A stretch of 63,890 bases of DNA, counting the filler, from Octopus bimaculoides (taxonomy: Eukaryota): NCBI RefSeq assembly GCF_001194135.2. It is 5 parts of 5 records of this genome, joined end to end, with 100 filler letters (N's around TTAATTAATTAA, not from the genome) between each part and the next. Parts side by side here need not be neighbours in the genome. Positions count along the whole stretch, not along the records: positions 28,496 to 52,803 come from NC_068984.1; positions 52,904 to 57,909 come from NC_068981.1; positions 58,010 to 62,789 come from NC_069004.1; positions 62,890 to 63,890 come from NW_026296252.1; 1 more part is not named here. One strand, given 5' to 3'. The notes beneath the pieces were generated by a model. The model had not been told where the DNA came from. It searched no databases and saw only the letters and a list, made by a program, of their open reading frames with translations. Position numbers and translations under genes: made by a program. Each line of letters starts with the position of its first letter. Positions within the stretch are counted from its first letter, which is position 1. Below are positions 51,034 through 63,890 of the stretch, piece by piece.

Positions 51034-51089
<56 letters not shown>

Positions 51090-51134
51090 AAATTCCTGGA
51101 CTTCAACAATAGAATAGCAGTATTACTGTAATAT

Positions 51135-52530
51135 ATTGATTTAAGAATTTCAAGAATAAGAATACGGCTAAATTTACCTATTTCGATATTATAGATATTT
51201 GCCCCTCTATATATAGATCGCTGCTTGATAGAGCCTTTGAATTTGTTAAATCATATGTTCATATTGACCCTATAGACCTAGTTTTTATCATGCATGCGGG
51301 GAAAACGCTAGTCTTCAATAAAGGATCAGCATGGGTAAAAAAAAAGTCACAAAATGGGTAATTATTTGATGTATCTTTGGGCTCATATGACAGTGCTGGC
51401 GTTTGTGATCTTGTGGGTCTGCTTATATTAAATACATTGTGGTACCTATTTCATAACGTTGGTCTATACCGTGACGACGGTTTTGGGTATTTCTAATGGG
51501 TGCGATGCACACACCGTTGATAGGTTTAGAAATCACGTTATTTTTACCTTTAACCAGGCCTTCGAATTACAGTAGCTATTGATCTATCTCTAGTTGATTA
51601 TTTAGATGACATAAAAGCCTGATAGCTAACGTTAGTGACAGAGTCTCTAACCTCTCTTCCTCTCAAGAAATTTTCGAGAAAGCCGCCCTGTACTATAACA
51701 ATACCCAAGCCAATAGTTGCTTCAAAGATAAATTAATATTATATTCCCTCTAATATTAATCGGAATGATAATAGATCTAGTGGCCTTAAAGATGAAGTAA
51801 TACATAACCGCTCTAACATTAATCAGAATAATAATAAGAGGTCGAAAAGTAGGCCAATGAAGATTATTGGGTTCGACACTCCCTTTTCGCTTAATATAAA
51901 AACTAAAATACGTAAAAGATTCCAGTCTCTCCTAGACACACACCTTCCAGCGACTCACAGGTTCAGGAAATTATTGTGTGAAATTACCATACAGCCTCTG
52001 CCTTGATATGAAGAGTATCATTATAGGTGGTCAATAAATCCATTTGTCAATAAATCCATTTGTAACTGTTGTGACCCAGGATCCTTTCCACTTGACCAAC
52101 GATGTACGATTGAATCTATCCTATGTGAGACAGAACTTACTGTAAGTCTAAAGGTACAACAGATAAGAAGACCTATATTGGATTATATGAAGGAGAATTT
52201 AAAAATCGCTATGGCTTCCTACATAAGGACAAGAACAATGCTACTAAGATGGCTAGCTACGTATGGAGTTCGAAACATAACGAAACACCGCATGTGATTA
52301 AGAGGAAAATAATTAAGAAACTCATACCTTATGTTAACGGATCGAATAAATGTAGGATTTGTTTAGCTGAAAGAGTGCAGATCCTGTTAGGATCTAAGAT
52401 ACATAGCTCTCTACTGAACTCTAAGTTAGAAATTTTTAGTGGCTGCAGGCATATGTATAAATATGTTTTGAAGAATTGGACAATTCAGCCTATTCCAGAT
52501 CAACTTCTTGATATCTTTCCAGTCTTATAA
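51135..52530 (+). mobile_element. Penelope-like element (RT with YRDD motif plus C-terminal GIY-YIG endonuclease), decayed
   Basis: FTYFDIIDICPSI; FDVSLGSYDSAGVCDLVGL..VGLYRDDG; CNC..FPLDQRC; TYIGLYEGEFKNRY; CRICLAE..LLNSKLEIFSGCRHMYK. Confidence 0.85.
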
Positions 52531-52903
52531 TTTAAGGTCTAAGGAAGATAACTCTTTTATCTTTTTTTAGATTTTAGATTTTGCATTTTACATTTTGTGT
52601 TTACGTTTCCGGTTTCTGTTTTAAACTTCCGTGTTTTTCAAATGCTGCCTTCTTAGTTTTTGTTCGTGTTTCATTTCTTGTTCAATTTTTTTCGCCTGAT
52701 GCATATCTTTGAGAGGGTTCTCAACATATGAAACTATTAGTCCCACTTAAAGACATGCATTGTGTCTTTTAAATAAATTACACATACAATATATATATTT
52801 CTANNNNNNNNNNNNNNNNNNNNNNNNNNNNNNNNNNNNNNNNNNNNTTAATTAATTAANNNNNNNNNNNNNNNNNNNNNNNNNNNNNNNNNNNNNNNNN
52901 NNN

Positions 52904-53187
52904 TATTCTATCGGTCTCTTTTTGCCGAACCGCTAAGTGACGGGGACATAAACACACCAGCATCGGTTGTCAAGCAATGCTAGGAGGACAAACACAAACA
53001 CACGCACACACACATATATATACATATATACGACGGGCTTCTTTCAGTTTCCGTCTACCAAATCCACTCAAGGCTTTGGTCGGCCCGAGGCTATAGTAGA
53101 AAACACTTGCCCAAGGTGCCACGCAGTGGGACTGAACCCGGAACCATGTGGTTGGTAAGCAAGCTACTTACCACACAGCCACTCCTT
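52904..53187 (-). mobile_element. SINE family B; other partial copies at 8520-8692 (-), 47709-47846 (+) and 53430-53650 (+)
   Basis: acgacgggcttctttcagtttccgtctaccaaatccactca..ttaccacacagccactcc. Confidence 0.8.
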
Positions 53188-54574
53188 GTGTGTCACCTTC
53201 GGCAACTTTTTTTTTTCATGAACCTAGGCTAACCTAAACTCGTGAGAGGATTTAGTTATCGGAAACTGAAAGAAGTCGGTCGTATCTTTTACTTGTTTCA
53301 GTCATTTGACTGTGACCATGTGTGTGTGTGTGTACGTGTGTGTCCATGTGTGCGTGAGAGAGTGTATGTGTGTGAGTGAGTGTGTGTGTATGTGTGTGTG
53401 AATATATGTGTGTGAGTGTTTTTGTGTGCGTGTTCGTATTTGTGTGTCTCCCACCACAGCTTGATAACTGGTGTTGGTTTGTTCACGTCACCATAAGCTA
53501 ACGGTTCGGCAAAAAGAGTCTGATAGAATAATTACCAGTCTTAGACAACAAAAACAAATCTAACTACAGGCGCCGATTCGTCCGACTAAACCCTTCAAGG
53601 CAGTGCACCAGCATGGCCTCGGTCTAATGACTGAAACAAGCAAATGGTAAATGATAAAAAATGTATAATAATTAAATTACATATACATCCAATATACATC
53701 CAATATACATCCAATATCCGTCGAATGTAAATAATGTAAATAATGTAAATAATGTATATCCAATTGTGTTTTGTTGCGTGTGTGTTCCTCGACCCGTGAA
53801 AAATTTGTCTTGCATNNNNNNNNNNNNNNNNNNNNNNNNNNNNNNNNNNNNNNNNNNNNNNNNNNNNNNNNNNNNNNNNNNNNNNNNNNNNNNNNNNNNN
53901 NNNNNNNNNNNNNNNGATAAATTAAGTACCAGTTGCGTACTGGGGTCGATCTAGTCGACTGGCCTTGTACCTAGAGTAGAAAAGAAAGCGATATATTTAT
54001 CATTACTGCTGCCCATTTTTCCTCACTCCCCAATGCAGTTGACTATACGTGATCATTTCGTCTGTAAGAAATGTCAGTTAAATCTCACTCAAATCGCTCC
54101 TTTGTCTATTTGAAAGTGTCTGAACTAATAAACCGGTTGTTCTTGGCTTAAACGCCTGCAATCATGGAATTGTTCGATTATTCTTGATCGGGAGCTACAA
54201 GAATTCCTTTTTTCAGAGAAATAATTGTTTCTAAGAGAGACTCAAGGCCAGAAATTTATGTGAAGTGCTTTACAAGTATTTAATGCAGTGCTTGACAAGT
54301 ATTTAATGGACCTCGATGAAATAAAAAGCAAGTTACACTCCGCACAATTTGAATTCAGCTCGTAAAGACCCGAAATAAATCCTGCAGAGCATTTTGTCCG
54401 ACTCTAACGATTCTACAATGGAACAATAGAATCGTTGGAGAATTTTTCATCAATATGATTTGGCATTTCGAAAGTCAGAGGCGACAGTTGTCACTGTTAA
54501 TCTCAGAACACCAGAAAGAAGCATAATCTACTTCAATACACTCTAATTTTCATAGTTTATTATTACACAATTTC

Positions 54575-54945
54575 AGGCGGCGTAATGGCAGAATCGTTAG
54601 CACGCCAAGCAAAGTGCTTAGCGGCATTTCGTCCGTCTTATGATCAAGTTACGCCGAGGTCGACTTTGCCTTTCATTCTTTCGGGGTCGATAAATTAAGG
54701 ACCAATGAAATGCTGGAGTCCCCAAAATTTTAGACCTTGTGCCTTTAATAGAAAGGATTGTTACACATTTCCAGGAGGCGTGTTGGCAAAAACGTTTGCA
54801 CGCCGGGCAAAATGCTTAGCGTCATTTCGTCTGAGTTCAAATTTCACCGAGATCGACGTTGCCTTACAGCTTTTCGGAGTTGTTAAAGTACTGATGTCGA
54901 TATAATCAACTTACTTCCTCCCCCGAACTTGCTGGCCAAAATTTG
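54575..54945 (+). mobile_element. Two tandem SINE family A copies; other copies at 2648-2824 (-), 31311-31430 (-) and 53915-53985 (+)
   Basis: ggcggcgtaatggcagaatcgttagcacgcc..gaggtcgactttgcctttcattctttcggggtcgat. Confidence 0.8.
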
Positions 54946-56527
54946 AAAACATTATTACCCATTTCTGTTAAAATCATCAATCAATTTATGCTCCCGATAA
55001 ATACAGATGTTTTAGATGACAAAAAGAAAAACAACCAATACACAAGTATTGAATAACTCTTAATGTGCGTATAAAACATCTGATATAGCAAAACGTGACG
55101 GAATAAACAGTTTATCTTTAAACCGTACGTAACTTTTGTTGATAGATCACTGTTGTACCATTCACTCACCATGTCACATCATATTCTTTCTTCTCACCCG
55201 TCTATTTCTGGTAGTAGGGTAGTATAGTTACTTAATTTCTAAAATGTTTCCATTCGAAGCGGTGGGGAAAGGAAAGGAAATAGCGTGTCGATTCTATGGC
55301 ACAACAAGCACTACACTAACAATAGATTAGACGTAGACCTCCTTTCTGAATCAGAAACTAAGCGCCTAATGTTGTTTGTTACCATTGTGACAATGATTAG
55401 CCGTTAATTGTTGACTGGAAATGGTACTTGATCACGTGATAGAATAATTCTACTGTGCGTCAGTCAGCTCCTTGCTTCGTCTTAACCAGTCAGAATATTA
55501 CTAGCGTGAAAGGCAACTTCTTCGCCGAAGATACACTTCTAAATAAGTATAGAAACAACCATCGAGTACCGAAAGTGTTGCTGTTCTGAAAATATCACCG
55601 TAACGTGGGGCTTTATAGAGCGAAACCTATTTTACTATTGGATTCCTTATTATATGGAAGACAATGATCATGGAAATCAATGGCAAATTATGTTTTGTAT
55701 TCCAGGACCTCACGTTACGCCAAAATGTTCATAAACACAATGCTTCTGTAACGTGAATAATGCCTGTGTTATGCAAAAAAAAAATTCTTCCATAAAATGA
55801 ATATAAAGAGAACAAATTGTAAGCTGTATCCGAAATAGCAAACATTTTACAAAACAGGAAAAATACAAATATTCTTATCTGCTACTCAACCACTTTCGTT
55901 ATCATTTAGATATTAGTAGAAAAAATGATAGGAAGCGAATTCCATTGTGCATTCATTACGTCCAACTATCTCTTTCATCTCACAAATACATAACAATAGA
56001 ACAATTACATCTCATCAATTTATCATTATTTATATATATACATTTAGTAATTATTTTTCAAACGATGTTGATAATATTAGGAATAATTAGATTATACTAT
56101 CCGTTGGAAGCTTTCTTGTTGAGCTGACTGCTTTGTTTATCATTACTGCTCTGTTCATAAGGTGTGGCTTAATTTATCAGTTAATAAAAGTTGAAAATGT
56201 CAACTATGTTTCGAGAGATTGCGTAGAAATACAGAATCCTAGCCAGACGGTTGAAAAGAATGTTTCTAACCTATTTAGCATGATAAACACTTTGTAACGC
56301 TCACAACATATTTCGGAAAAATTATGATTATTTCGAGCACAAGAAACTTAATTCGATAATCATCATGAACTGTGAACTTACAGTGGTAGAGTTTATGTAT
56401 TAGCATGGCCACTCTACAAAAATTTCTGTATGACAGGTTTTTCAAATTTCAGCTTTGTAATATAGATTATAATGCAGCTGAATCAAACTACGTTGAATAT
56501 TAAAATGTGGAAAACTTCAATATTCTA

Positions 56528-57050
56528 CAGGGTGTCCCAGAATTAATTATCTATTTCAAAGAAACTGGGCAAATAAGAAAAAAACTGTCAGAGATTTATG
56601 TTTATTAGTTAATTATAATGCTAAAACAAATATATTTATGAATCTTACATCAAAACTTTATTGAAATTTTCAACATGTGTTCCGTCTGTATCCCTGCAAA
56701 TTTCAAATCTATTTTTAGTGTTGCAAAACACATTTTGAAGCTTTTCAGGAGTTATCTCTTGCACTGCTAACTGAATGCGTTCTTTAAGTTCAGCTAAACT
56801 ATTTCGTCCTGAGGATGGCGGTAGAGAAAATGACTGCAGCCAATTTGAAAAAATACTGTCGTAGACAGATAAGCGGGATCCAACAGGAATGAGAATAAAA
56901 TTATTTTTAAAAATTATAAAAATTATAAAATTATAAAACAAAATTTAAAATCTATAAACTTTTGACATATATTAAACTTGATAAACATGAATAAAAGTAA
57001 ATTTTTAAAAACTTTGATTTCTCTGAAATAGCTAATTCTGGAAAACCCTG
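56528..57050. mobile_element. Internally deleted Tc1/mariner element, 523 bp
   Basis: TA|CAGGGTGTCCCAGAATTAATTAT ... ATAGCTAATTCTGGAAAACCCTG|TA (23-bp TIR, 4 mismatches). Minus strand retains SLAELKERIQLAVQEITPEKLQNVF..RFEIC...G.HVE. Confidence 0.85.
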
Positions 57051-57848
57051 TATAATAGATACTAACAGAACTTTTTACTAGCGCTTCTCCTCTCCCAGCT
57101 GTCACATCCTCGATGTTCCTCCATCAAGGGTATCCATACTTGTTAGCGACGACAGAGGCATCTAATAAAAAAGAGAAAAAAAAACTAAGGAACGCGTGGT
57201 ACTAGTTATCATTCATATTTGCTTGCGAGTGACGATTGCACCATTCAAGCATGCAATGCATCTTTTACTGTCCACAAATCTTAATGTATTCCAAGAGCTT
57301 TTAGGTCAAATGAGACTATTCCAGTACCTATTTGGGGAGCATGTTATTGACACAATAACAATGAACAACGAAGTTAGACTCACACGATATTAAGAATAAA
57401 AACGGGGTTAAGTGAAATTTAATAATGCATATCATTTATACTGGTGCTCTAAAGTCTCAAAACTTGAAAAAGCCTTAGGAAATATAAACATCTTGAATAT
57501 ATTTTAGACTTCAGTTAAGAGATAAATTTCTGATGAATCAGGTTTCTTGGAAGCTGTTTAATTACTAACATAACAAAAATTTTGAGATTTCATACGTTTT
57601 TGTGACTCGAGAGAGAATTGATGTCATTTACAACGTAACATCTACACGATTAAGATCATAATTGTAATAACGCTTAAGCATATTCTGATGTGACTTACCA
57701 GACTAATTTCACGAAACAATATTTTCAGTGTCACGGCTTCAAAAAATTTGAATTCACATAATGTTTTACAGTTTCTTAAATGTATGCATGTATTTTCACA
57801 GTAGAAACAAGTAATTTTAATGCGTTAACGTGCAATGCACATAGATAT

Positions 57849-57849
<1 letters not shown>

Positions 57850-57909
<60 letters not shown>

Positions 57910-58009
57910 NNNNNNNNNNNNNNNNNNNNNNNNNNNNNNNNNNNNNNNNNNNNTTAATTAATTAANNNNNNNNNNNNNNNNNNNNNNNNNNNNNNNNNNN
58001 NNNNNNNNN

Positions 58010-58053
<44 letters not shown>

Positions 58054-58579
58054 TATAGTACACACACACACACACATGCGTGCGTGCGCACACGCACACA
58101 CACACATATATATATATGTTTATATATGTTTATATATGCATGCATATGGATATATACATGTATATATATGTATATATATATGTAAATAGGTATGTATATG
58201 TATGTGTATATATATGTGTGTGTGTATATATATATATATGTGTGTGTGAGTGTGTGCGTGTGCGTGTATAATATATGGTAATGTGTGTGTTTGTGTGTTG
58301 GCGTTCATCTTCGCACGTCCCCTAACCCCTTTTACAGGACACGTTTTGTGTCGTGTTATGTGGTCCCTTGTGGCCAATAAGGGAGCGTCATCGTCATCAT
58401 CATCATCACTACTATCATAATAATAATAATGATAATAATAGTTATTATTATTATTACTATTATAATTTTACTATTATTATTGTTGTTGTTGTTGTTACAT
58501 CAGACCGTCTCATTAATGAAATCATCATTTCTCCTGCAATATCAACCTAATTGCGGTTCCATCCCCTCTTTTCATCTTC

Positions 58580-58614
<35 letters not shown>

Positions 58615-59839
58615 GTGACCATCATTATCATTATTGTCACCACCACCACCACCACCACCACTGCCACCACCACAACCATCATCATCATTATCGTCGTCGT
58701 CATCATCGTCACAAGCACTAGTACCGGCACCACCACCACCAACATCANNNNNNNNNNNNNNNNNNNNNNNNNNNNNNNNNNNNNNNNNNNNNNNNNNNNN
58801 NNNNNNNNNNNNNNNNNNNNNNNNNNNNNNNNNNNNNNNNNNNNNNNNNNNNNNNNNNNNNNNNNNNNNNNNNNNNNNNNNNNNNNNNNNNNNNNNNNNN
58901 NNNNNNNNNNNNNNNNNNNNNNNNNNNNNNNNNNNNNNNNNNNNNNNNNNNNNNNNNNNNNNNNNNNNNNNNNNNNNNNNNNNNNNNNNNNNNNNNNNNN
59001 NNNNNNNNNNNNNNNNNNNNNNNNNNNNNNNNNNNNNNNNNNNNNNNNNNNNNNNNNNNNNNNNNNNNNNNNNNNNNNNNNNNNNNNNNNNNNNNNNNNN
59101 NNNNNNNNNNNNNNNNNNNNNNNNNNNNNNNNNNNNNNNNNNNNNNNNNNNNNNNNNNNNNNNNNNNNNNNNNNNNNNNNNNNNNNNNNNNNNNNNNNNN
59201 NNNNNNNNNNNNNNNNNNNNNNNNNNNNNNNNNNNNNNNNNNNNNNNNNNNNNNNNNNNNNNNNNNNNNNNNNNNNNNNNNNNNNNNNNNNNNNNNNNNN
59301 NNNNNNNNNNNNNNNNNNNNNNNNNNNNNNNNNNNNNNNNNNNNNNNNNNNNNNNNNNNNNNNNNNNNNNNNNNNNNNNNNNNNNNNNNNNNNNNNNNNN
59401 NNNNNNNNNNNNNNNNNNNNNNNNNNNNNNNNNNNNNNNNNNNNTCATCATCATCATCATCGTGACCATCATTATCATTATTGTCACCACCACCACCACC
59501 GCCGCCGCCGCCGAAATACTACCGCTACAACAACCACCAAACCACTACTACCACAGCAACAACCATTACTCCGTTGTACACTAACACCGCAACACAACAT
59601 ACCACCACCACCACCATTATCATCATTACCGCCACCTTCGCCATCACCAACGACAGCGAACACACTAGCAGTATTATACATCGCCACACGTCACCAACTC
59701 GCAGTAGAACCGCTGACCACTGTACACGACACAGGGAATTAGCACACCTCCACCGCAACACCGCAACACCATACACTATGCATTATACACTATACATTAT
59801 GAATGGCGGCAGTGGTATGACAGTGGTGATGTAATGTAG

Positions 59840-59872
<33 letters not shown>

Positions 59873-60090
59873 CGTATGTATATATATATATATATATGTA
59901 TATACATATGTATATATGTATATATATATATGTATATATATATATGTATACACACACACATATATATGCATGCATACTTACACGCACACGCACACACATG
60001 CATATCTATGCATGCATACATACACACACACACACGCACATAGACACACGCACACGCACACGCACACGCACACGCACACAACTACGCACA
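57850..60090. repeat. Low-complexity block: (CA)n, (TA)n and CAT/CAC/ACC trinucleotide repeats around assembly gaps
   Basis: Directly visible; further CA-rich degenerate repeat at 62419-62790. Confidence 0.9.
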
Positions 60091-60613
60091 GACATATTAT
60101 AATGCCTGGGGAGCGGTTGTACGGGTTGTAAAATTCTCAGAATCTGGAAACTGGGCAAAATCCAAAGCAATTCTAATAAAACCTAACGAAAAATAGATAA
60201 ATACAAAACTACAACACAAACAAAACAAAAACGAGATAACATCATACAGACCAGTCACCCTTCAATGCACAGCAAAATAATATTAACAAAAAATAGATAA
60301 AAATATTAAAAAAAACACGTAAAAAAAACGAAAACAAAAATGGAAAAAGAAATAAAAGTTATATAAAGTCAAACGTTTCACATCACACGCACGCCTCCGC
60401 TCTTTCCAAAGCACTACACGGACTCCGGTTCCCACACTCACTCAACTAGCACACAATTAACGAACCTAACACAGCTAATAGATGACAGTTTCACCAAATA
60501 AATGAATAAATAAAAAAAAAAATTTTTTTTTTTTAATAAAAAAATGTCATTTTAAGTACCATCAATATCAGAAAAGCTTTTGATTCTATTTGACGCTAAC
60601 CAATCATAAAAAC

Positions 60614-60649
<36 letters not shown>

Positions 60650-60744
60650 TGAGAGTGAAAGATAAACAGCCTTGAGAAGCGATACAAAACGCTGGTTAGC
60701 AAAACACTGAAAGGTCGCCCTGCGTATGTATGTCGTGTTAAAAA

Positions 60745-61330
60745 TCCTTCTCGTATTTTGGTAAAAGGTTAGTAATTTTGAGCGATGGGGGAAGTCGATT
60801 ACATCGACCTCTGGTGTTCAATTGCTACTTATTTCTTTGACCCCGAAAAGATGAAAGGCAAGGTAGACTTCGGCGGGCTTTGAACTCAGAACGTAACGAA
60901 GGATGAAACGCCGTCAAGCATTTTCTCTGGTGTCCTACCGATTCTACCAACTCACCGTTTTAATAATAACCCTTTTTACTAAAGGCACAAGGCCTGAAAT
61001 TTTGGAGGAGGTGACTAGTCGATTAATTCGACCCCAGTGTTTCACAGGTATTTAATTTATCGATCCCGAAAAGAATGAAAGTCAAATGCGACCTCGGCGG
61101 AATTTGAACTCGGGACGTAAAGTCGGTCGAAATGGCACTAAGAATTTTTCCCGGCGTGCTTAGCGGCATTTCATCTGTCTTAACGTTCAGAGTTCAAATC
61201 CCACCGAAGTCGATTTTACCTTTCATCCTTTTGGGGTCGATAAATTAAGTACCAGTTGAGTACTGGGATCGATGTAATCGACTAACCTCTACCCCAAATT
61301 TCAGGCCTTGTACCTATAATAGAAAGGATT
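60745..61330. mobile_element. Cluster of three SINE family A copies: 60745-60958 (-), 60972-61155 (-), 61151-61330 (+)
   Basis: Family A core in both orientations; the last two are joined head-to-head. Confidence 0.8.
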
Positions 61331-61343
61331 ATTATTATTGTTA

Positions 61344-61393
<50 letters not shown>

Positions 61394-62418
61394 GCCTTTG
61401 CACAGCTTCTAGCGCTGGAGATGTACTACAGTGTCAGNNNNNNNNNNNNNNNNNNNNNNNNNNNNNNNNNNNNNNNNNNNNNNNNNNNNNNNNNNNNNNN
61501 NNNNNNNNNNNNNNNNNNNNNNNNNNNNNNNNNNNNNNNNNNNNNNNNNNNNNNNNNNNNNNNNNNNNNNNNNNNNNNNNNNNNNNNNNNNNNNNNNNNN
61601 NNNNNNNNNNNNNNNNNNNNNNNNNNNNNNNNNNNNNNNNNNNNNNNNNNNNNNNNNNNNNNNNNNNNNNNNNNNNNNNNNNNNNNNNNNNNNNNNNNNN
61701 NNNNNNNNNNNNNNNNNNNNNNNNNNNNNNNNNNNNNNNNNNNNNNNNNNNNNNNNNNNNNNNNNNNNNNNNNNNNNNNNNNNNNNNNNNNNNNNNNNNN
61801 NNNNNNNNNNNNNNNNNNNNNNNNNNNNNNNNNNNNNNNNNNNNNNNNNNNNNNNNNNNNNNNNNNNNNNNNNNNNNNNNNNNNNNNNNNNNNNNNNNNN
61901 NNNNNNNNNNNNNNNNNNNNNNNNNNNNNNNNNNNNNNNNNNNNNNNNNNNNNNNNNNNNNNNNNNNNNNNNNNNNNNNNNNNNNNNNNNNNNNNNNNNN
62001 NNNNNNNNNNNNNNNNNNNNNNNNNNNNNNNNNNNNNNNNNNNNNNNNNNNNNNNNNNNNNNNNNNNNNNNNNNNNNNNNNNNNNNNNNNNNNNNNNNNN
62101 NNNNNNNNNNNNNNNNNNNNNNNNNNNNNNNNNNNNNNNNNNNNNNNNNNNNNNNNNNNNNNNNNNNNNNNNNNNNNNNNNNNNNNNNNNNNNNNNNNNN
62201 NNNNNNNNNNNNNNNNNNNNNNNNNNNNNNNNNNNNNNNNNNNNNNNNNNNNNNNNNNNNNNNNNNNNNNNNNNNNNNNNNNNNNNNNNNNNNNNNNNNN
62301 NNNNNNNNNNNNNNNNNNNNNNNNNNNNNNNNNNNNNNNNNNNNNNNNNNNNNNNNNNNNNNNNNNNNNNNNNNNNNNNNNNNNNNNNNNNNNNNNNNNN
62401 NNNNNNNNNNNNNNNNNN

Positions 62419-62480
<62 letters not shown>

Positions 62481-62989
62481 TACATAAACCTGTTACAGCA
62501 TATACACACTATCCTACACACACATTTCACACATACCACAGCACACTCATACACGCTATCTTACACACACATACACAAACACAGACGCACACAAACACAC
62601 ACACACACACTACAGCACACTCACACACACTATCAAACAAACACAAATACACATAGATTTCACACATATTTCACACACACACACATACAACCATACATAC
62701 ACACAAACACACACATAAATACACAGAAAAAGCAGCATACATCGAAACATCGCCCACAAGAATACAGTACATACACACCCACACCCACCNNNNNNNNNNN
62801 NNNNNNNNNNNNNNNNNNNNNNNNNNNNNNNNNTTAATTAATTAANNNNNNNNNNNNNNNNNNNNNNNNNNNNNNNNNNNNNNNNNNNNAAAAACTGCAT
62901 TATTTATGAGATGACCCAATACATGTGTTCTTATATATTATCTATACTTTGCACTTTATGATATAGCCCTCTGATTTTGCTGTTATTTT

Positions 62990-63890
62990 TATCTAACTAT
63001 ATTGAAACATGTGACTTAATTTTGAAAGAGGATAAATTTTTGAAGTGCAGATGGGTGGAGCTTCAGTCACTAAAACTATTGAATTGCTTAATATTTTGAA
63101 AGGTACGGTTTAAAATTAGGTTGGATTTTCAAAATCAAAGTAAAACTAGCTCTGACAAGCATAATTCTGGACAGAATAGTGAAACATATTGTGCTTAAAA
63201 CCATCAAAGAACAGCAGCAAAGGTGACAGTAGATCTGAACTACTACTTTGCCAACCTTGTGTAAACCATAACCATTTATCATGACCTCTATAAAGCTGGA
63301 TGTCATGGAATGGTTGCAATTGTTAAACCACTCCTGTCCCCAACAACACTGATAAGCAGAAAAAATAGTGTTTAGATTATCAGATCAATGACTCATCGGA
63401 ATAACATAATCTTCTTTAATGAATGATCTTTCTTTTCTGTCTTCAATTTTGATCAAGTTTATACCTGGAGACAGTCTATAAAAGTGTTAAACCCTGACTG
63501 CATGGCTTCTACTGGGAAGCATGGAGATATGTCTGTGATGATTAGGGCACTCGTATCACCGAATTTTTTGGGCCCTTAAAGTTGTTTTACATAGCAGAGT
63601 TAATACTATTGATTACCAGAGTATTTTGGCTGATCATGTCCATCCTATGGTATAAAAATTGTTCCTCGATGGTTGTGCAATCTTCTAGGATGATATTGCA
63701 CCAATTCTCACGGTGAATGTTATTCATAATTGATATGAAGAGCACAGAAGTGAAGTAGACCATTGGGATTGGCCCACAGAATCACTTGATCTCAATATAA
63801 TTTAACATTTGTGGAGCATTTTGGAAGTGCATGTGAGAAGCTGCTTCTCTTTGTCACCATTGCTGAAAGAGCTAAATAGGTTTTACTTGA
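62990..63890 (+). mobile_element. Tc1 (DD34E-type) transposase pseudogene, running off the window end
   Basis: F*DDIAPI (FQDDNAPIH-like) and DWPTESLDLNII*HLWSILE (WPxxSPDLNPIEHLW-like). Confidence 0.75.

Noticed and set aside
53685-53757. Short tandem units (atatacatcca)x3 and (taaataatg)x3
   Set aside because: Ordinary slippage repeats with no further structure.
58595-59500. Identical catcatcgtgaccatcattatcattattgtcaccacc on both sides of a gap
   Set aside because: Probably a collapsed tandem repeat or contig overlap in low-complexity DNA.
58429-59834. His/Thr/Pro/Ile-rich ORFs and the poly-Asn ORF at 48568-48855
   Set aside because: Translations of trinucleotide microsatellites, open in several frames and on both strands; no coding signal.
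61409-62837. Long ORFs made mostly of X (also near 1.2-1.8, 17.9-18.4, 19.3-20.3, 36.9-37.3, 46.7-47.9 and 49.1-49.9 kb)
   Set aside because: They are open only because N gaps contain no stop codons.

Overview
AT-rich, microsatellite- and gap-riddled animal genomic DNA, most likely Octopus. This is inferred from C2H2 fingers of the [17 protein letters not shown] type and three abundant tRNA-headed SINE families. Two protein-coding genes are supported, both on the minus strand, both with a single coding exon and a 5'-UTR splice acceptor. The first is an uninterrupted 1802-aa ORF (9095-14503) that I read as a short helical N-terminus followed by about six tandem NHL-like beta-propeller modules. 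The second is a 194-aa C2H2 zinc-finger gene (25062-25646) whose last five fingers are frameshifted out of the ORF. By hand translation, about 38200-40100 (-) is a heavily decayed paralogue of the propeller gene, colinear with roughly residues 150-610, which suggests a birth-and-death family next to a ZNF gene. The rest is transposon debris: a Chapaev3-like transposase pseudogene carrying a solo LTR, a Helitron helicase fragment, mariner/Tc1/maT/Tigger fragments, hAT and foldback MITEs, RTE LINE pieces, two back-to-back Penelope-like elements and more than 25 SINE copies. Several SINE copies are inserted directly upstream of other SINE heads. All protein-family assignments come from motif recognition by eye; no database search was run.
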